IMG/VR virus record: IMGVR_UViG_3300033075_001021
DNA from: a virus
Lineage: Duplodnaviria; Caudoviricetes
DNA: 64,000 bases
Reading direction: 5' to 3' (one strand)
Positions 59,883-64,000 of the stretch are shown here, in pieces (within the stretch, counting starts at the first letter, position 1; each line of letters opens with the position of its first letter). The notes beneath the pieces were generated by a model. That model was given only the letters and a program-made list of their open reading frames with translations, made no database searches and had not been told where the DNA came from. A program made the position numbers and the translations under genes.

Positions 59883-60550
59883 GATTCGGCAACTAATAAT
59901 GTACGATATTCCTCGCCTGTTAAATGTCGCACATCACCAAATTCAGCGTTAGGTAAGGTTTTGATTAAAATACAATCACCTTGTCGAATTATTTTTTCAA
60001 TACCACCTTTTTTTACATTAGTCTGTATTGTCCAACTTATACAGTCTATTACATCGCTGGGTTTTACGTTCCATGAATTACCTTTAGGATTGTTGGTTAC
60101 AAACACGCTGCGAATATCAACCCATAACAGGTAATACCTGTCGGTGCTGGTATCTTTGAACCGAATGTAATAGGCATTTGCCAATTTCTGCCATCCTTCA
60201 AGTCCACCACTCAAAGCCTCACCATTCACTTCAAACAATTCGTATTTGTCGGTAAAATTGTGGGTTACTTCTTTGCCATCTTCAACCCACTTGGTTGTTT
60301 TCTTGATGCTTTCGCTGTTTATCAGCTTTGGCTTAACTTCGGCAACCAATCGGTCAATACCCAAACAGTTGATACCAACACGCCTTTCCTCAAGGTTTTT
60401 GAATTGGGCTATCTCCTTAAAGGTGAGGGGTTTAATGTCAGCCCAAAATTCTTCTAATTCAGGAAAAGGGCATTTTTCATGTTTCAATTTGAGCATACGA
60501 CAACCCATATCATAGTCAAACTTGTGATTGTCAATAACAATTTTTCCCAT
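59879..60550 (-). CDS. Hypothetical protein (endonuclease target)
   Basis: NLEERRV...DTSTDR.Y.LWV...RQGD. Confidence 0.7.
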   Translation of the reverse strand: MGKIVIDNHKFDYDMGCRMLKLKHEKCPFPELEEFWADIKPLTFKEIAQFKNLEERRVGINCLGIDRLVAEVKPKLINSESIKKTTKWVEDGKEVTHNFTDKYELFEVNGEALSGGLEGWQKLANAYYIRFKDTSTDRYYLLWVDIRSVFVTNNPKGNSWNVKPSDVIDCISWTIQTNVKKGGIEKIIRQGDCILIKTLPNAEFGDVRHLTGEEYRTLLVAES

Positions 60551-60607
60551 TGTATTTTTGATTTAGAATGTAAAGATAAGATTATTTTTTCAAACTACCA
60601 AACCCAA

Positions 60608-61285
60608 TTATTCTTCTTCGTATCGGGTATATTGGTTACGCATCTGTACCAATAACTTATCTCCCTTTATGGTAACTCCAGCGGTGGCAATGTTGATATT
60701 ATCATCATCATCGGTATCATCCAAATTGGTTGTAAAGGTAAACCAATCATCAACATCGGATAAATTGTCGGGGACATATTCCTCTGTTTCTTCTTCAACC
60801 AATGCCTCAATTTCCGCTTCAATTTCCGCTTCTTCTTTGGTTTGAATGAAATCTTCTTTGTAGTTGAAATTAACGCCATCATCGGCACTACCATTGATAA
60901 CGCTAACACGCTTTTTCAGGTAGTCAGCCATCGCTGGTGTAATGGTGATTTCCATTGTGGATATATTGGTTTCACTCCATTCGCTTTGAGAATTTTTGCA
61001 ATAGTCAAAGAACGGTGCATCTTCATCATCCTCATCATTCAATGTGATTTCCACATTTCCGCTTTCACCAATGTAATGACCATCGGAATTGACGTAAAAT
61101 TCAACTTTCTTGAAAACCTCATCCTCAAAGAAATTTTTAAGTTCATTATCCACAAATTCTTTGTCGTCTTTGTCAAAGAAAGTGAATGACCAATCATTCA
61201 TGCTATCTCCACCGCATGAAAAATCCATGTCGCAACGCTGGATGCCTTTGTCTTTCCAGCGTTTAATTGCTTGTTTTTCTGTCAT
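60608..61285 (-). CDS. Very acidic protein, DUF6878-like N-terminus
   Basis: FSCGGDS...N.DG..G; D/E-rich. Confidence 0.6.
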   Translation of the reverse strand: MTEKQAIKRWKDKGIQRCDMDFSCGGDSMNDWSFTFFDKDDKEFVDNELKNFFEDEVFKKVEFYVNSDGHYIGESGNVEITLNDEDDEDAPFFDYCKNSQSEWSETNISTMEITITPAMADYLKKRVSVINGSADDGVNFNYKEDFIQTKEEAEIEAEIEALVEEETEEYVPDNLSDVDDWFTFTTNLDDTDDDDNINIATAGVTIKGDKLLVQMRNQYTRYEEE

Positions 61286-61320
61286 TGTTTTTTGATTTAG
61301 AATGTAAAGATATGGTTATT

Positions 61321-61734
61321 TTATTGATTCACCAAATTTTCTTCACGCATTTTTTCCAATAATTCACGACTTCTTTTTTGGGCTTCAACACTTGGTATAT
61401 CTTTGACACCATTGTTCATCCAGGGTTGAACAACAAGGTTTTCCAAATAGTCTTGTGCCGTTGGGATACCCTTGTGTCGGAAATCTTCTGATATATGCAA
61501 CATAGCAATATCAACGGTATCAACTGATTTACCATCTGAATTGGTAATGTTATACCCAAAGACCAAAGGGATAATGGTTTGTGCAAACCATATATGATGT
61601 GTGAGTGCCCTTGCAGCATTATTATTCATACTTGCTTTAGGACTGTCAATAAGACGGTGTATTTCTATGTAATCGGATATTTTACCACCCCAACGCTTAA
61701 CACTTGATTTTGAATGTACTTCAGGATTTGCCAT
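61321..61734 (-). CDS. DUF6915-like protein
   Basis: MANP..HS.SS.K.WGG...Y..IH..ID..K...RAL.HH...HI.ED...IPT..D.L. Confidence 0.7.
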   Translation of the reverse strand: MANPEVHSKSSVKRWGGKISDYIEIHRLIDSPKASMNNNAARALTHHIWFAQTIIPLVFGYNITNSDGKSVDTVDIAMLHISEDFRHKGIPTAQDYLENLVVQPWMNNGVKDIPSVEAQKRSRELLEKMREENLVNQ

Positions 61735-61793
61735 TTGTTTTGATTTTAGAATACAAAAATAGTCTTATTCTTTCAAACCACCAAATTTATTTT

Positions 61794-63396
61794 TTACAAA
61801 TCTAACTCACCCTTCATCTTTGCTTCAGCATCCTTAACACCGAAAAAACCAAACATAAGATACCAATTAGCGTCATGACCTTCAGGATATGGATTGGATA
61901 TGTCTTGAGGGTTCATTAAGATGGTCTGCTCACAAATATCATGCATGTCAAATATCTTGGGGATAAACCCTATCCTCCCTTCCGTAGGTGGATTGCTTAT
62001 CAACTCTTGGGGTTTGTATTCAGGCTTGTATATCTCAATCGCAATAACCTTATCACCCCAATCCAAAAAAACTTTACGTCCTACTAAAGTATTCATACAT
62101 TTATGTTTTAGAATACAAAGATAAGACTATTTTTTGAATCTACCAACTAAATTAATTCACCAGTCATTAAATTTCTACCTAAAAATGCACCGCTATCTTC
62201 ACGGGAAACACTGATTGTTTCAGTCCATCCTTCAGCATCATCAGGAACAATACCACCAGTATTAGCTTGATGAATAAGCGTATTTAAAAGTGTTTCAACA
62301 ATATCATCTTTTTGTCTTTCAGTTAAATTACTTGAAAATGTAAGTTTAACCTGATAAGTTGCTTCCATGTTTTTAATTTTAGAATGTAAAGATAAGACTA
62401 TTTTCTGAATCTACCAAATAAAAAAAAAGGATACTTTCGCATCCCTTTTTGCTGTGGTTTAATTTAATAGGACACTAACCCTATTGTATAGCTTTCATTT
62501 GGTAGTGAATTAGAGGTTAAACTCAAAAATGAAAATAAAAACAATTCATACCTACCAAAAAAATTATTTAATGGTAGATATGAATGTTTTGATAAGTTAT
62601 TGAAAATCAATTAGTTATCAGTCCCACACTCTTGTGATTGTTCCATCAAAAGGTGAAAATTCAACTTGTTTGCCCATTACCCAATTCCCAGCATCAACGG
62701 TAAGGGTTTTGTGTTCAGCAAAAGAGCCATCAGGCTGTTCGTGTTTCAGTTCACCATTCTTGGTAACAACAATGTTTGAGAAATCCCTCTCTTGGGTTTC
62801 AACCTGAATGTTACCATGAAGAACGTGCTGGTTTGCACCTTCACCACGAAGGATAATGTGTTTGGTTGTCTTTGTCATGTTTTTAGCCATAGTTAAAATG
62901 TTTTAGAATACAAAGATACGATTATTTTCTGAAAAAGCAAATTTATTTTTATTGATAATTTGGTAACTTACATAACCTTCACATATTCGTAACTTGCACA
63001 AATATTATCCAGTACCAACAGCTCATCAATTACTTCAGGTGTGTTGGCCGTTCTTACTGTTTCGGTTATATCACCCAGTATAGCTGCAAAGACATCACCA
63101 AAAAATATTGGTTCATTGAATGTACTTGAAGTATCTTCATATAATTCTCGACCATTCAGCTCACGCTGAACCGCTGGTGACAATTCTTTCTTGGAAAGGT
63201 TGATGATACTGTCTTTGGATATGGTATAATTCTTTCCATGCTTCTCAATCTTCCCGCCAAACATCTTGGCTTTCTTCAGAGCTTCACCACGAGTGTAAAT
63301 CCCCAGCTCATTAGGAAATGAAGCCAAATATCCATTGATTACTTGGTCAGATTTAGCTGTATGACCTTCATTGAGCTTTACTTTGTAGAGTTGCAT
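61794..63396 (-). CDS. Four small genes (61794..62096; 62147..62368; 62618..62890 His-containing beta-rich protein; 62968..63396)
   Basis: Each has its own promoter. Confidence 0.65.
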
Positions 63397-63531
63397 AATT
63401 TTGAGTTTTGTTACACAAAGATAAGACTATATTTTGAATTCACCAAATTTATTTAACCTATGTACACAAAAGTGTATAAACAATGAAGGGATACCAGAAA
63501 TGGTATCCCCTTCATTTATACTAACTAAACA

Positions 63532-63873
63532 TCACGCGTCGTCATCTTCATCATCACAGTTCAAACATTCACCGTCATCCAAAGGCTCACCACAGTTTGG
63601 ACATTCCTCCTCGTCTTCATCATCACAATAATAACAAGTCCCACCATCTAATTCATTACCACAGTTGGGACATTCGTTTTTATCATCCCAGTAAAAGTAG
63701 CCTTGGTCGGGACAGCTTTCTGGATACGGCAATGTATCCCATACCTTAGTAATAACTTCTCCTCCAATGAAGTGAGATAAATTACACATATTACTACCGC
63801 TCTCATTATCATAATTACAAAATGGGCATTCTCCACAACTTTTTACCTCAATAAAGTGCGTTGGCTGGGTCAT
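63532..63873 (-). CDS. Acidic protein with multiple CxxC zinc ribbons
   Basis: CGECPFC, and ECPNCG..L..G.C..CDD twice. Confidence 0.65.
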   Translation of the reverse strand: MTQPTHFIEVKSCGECPFCNYDNESGSNMCNLSHFIGGEVITKVWDTLPYPESCPDQGYFYWDDKNECPNCGNELDGGTCYYCDDEDEEECPNCGEPLDDGECLNCDDEDDDA

Positions 63874-64000
63874 GGGGTAAATTTTAGTCATCAAACAAAT
63901 GCTTGTATTTTTCTGCAAATTCTTTTGCTCTTTTGTGGTGCTTTAGCATTTTGCAGTACCTCATTACGGTTCTTATATTACCTTGATTTTTTGAAAGATA

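Larger units (their letters stand above)
37170..63450 (-). promoter_or_regulatory. About 55 dispersed Bacteroidota sigma70-type promoters (plus + strand copies near 38130, 40283, 42300, 47545)
   Basis: Consensus TTTGGTNNNNNCAGAAAATAGTCTTATCTTTG(T/C): -33 TTTG and -7 TAnnTTTG, one upstream of almost every ORF; counted by eye. Confidence 0.9.

Noticed and set aside
3447-62124. Antisense and shadow ORFs in the track (for example 3447..3935, 12802..13554, 13942..14469, 38481..38762, 47785..48318, 55971..56504) and upstream over-extensions (19011..20006, 30543, 36594..37367)
   Set aside because: They overlap better-supported genes, promoters or RNA structures and lack start context.
37170-63450. 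CRISPR array or integron attC sites from the ~35-bp repeat
   Set aside because: Repeats are degenerate and non-palindromic, separated by whole genes of variable length, and match the Bacteroidota -33/-7 promoter; no cas or integrase gene is present in the window.
1-64000. Stop-codon reassignment
   Set aside because: Known genes translate full length in code 11, and TAA, TAG and TGA all occur as true stops.

Overview
AT-rich, gene-dense fragment of a large dsDNA phage genome (standard genetic code). The host is most likely Bacteroidota, judged from ~55-60 copies of the TTTG-N~20-TAnnTTTG promoter and the absence of Shine-Dalgarno sites. The left part (1-36.3 kb) holds putative virion/late genes preceded by an ATATTTAT motif, plus metabolic and accessory genes: split ThyA, DHFR, ClpC, thioredoxin, PNK/phosphatase, RNA ligase, Pth2, a nucleotidyltransferase, an ArdC-like protein, an ABC-ATPase/GNAT pair and an LRR protein. 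A G-tract island at ~36.4-36.5 kb coincides with an apparent C/G skew switch. The right part (36.6-64 kb) is an array of mostly one-promoter-one-small-gene cassettes. Main discoveries: (1) five free-standing homing endonuclease genes from several nuclease families each sit between a host gene and a stranded, diverged copy of that gene's 3' end, i.e. elements that repair their target by bringing a replacement C-terminus; (2) ThyA split in two with a duplicated helical subdomain divided between the halves; (3) two 9-nt homopolymer -1 frameshift sites; (4) several covarying or strongly paired non-coding RNAs, including a duplicated protein+RNA+RNA cassette; (5) 'anti-leader' sequences just before terminators that are complementary to the shared early 5' leader. 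Family names are recognised from motifs by eye and need HMM confirmation.
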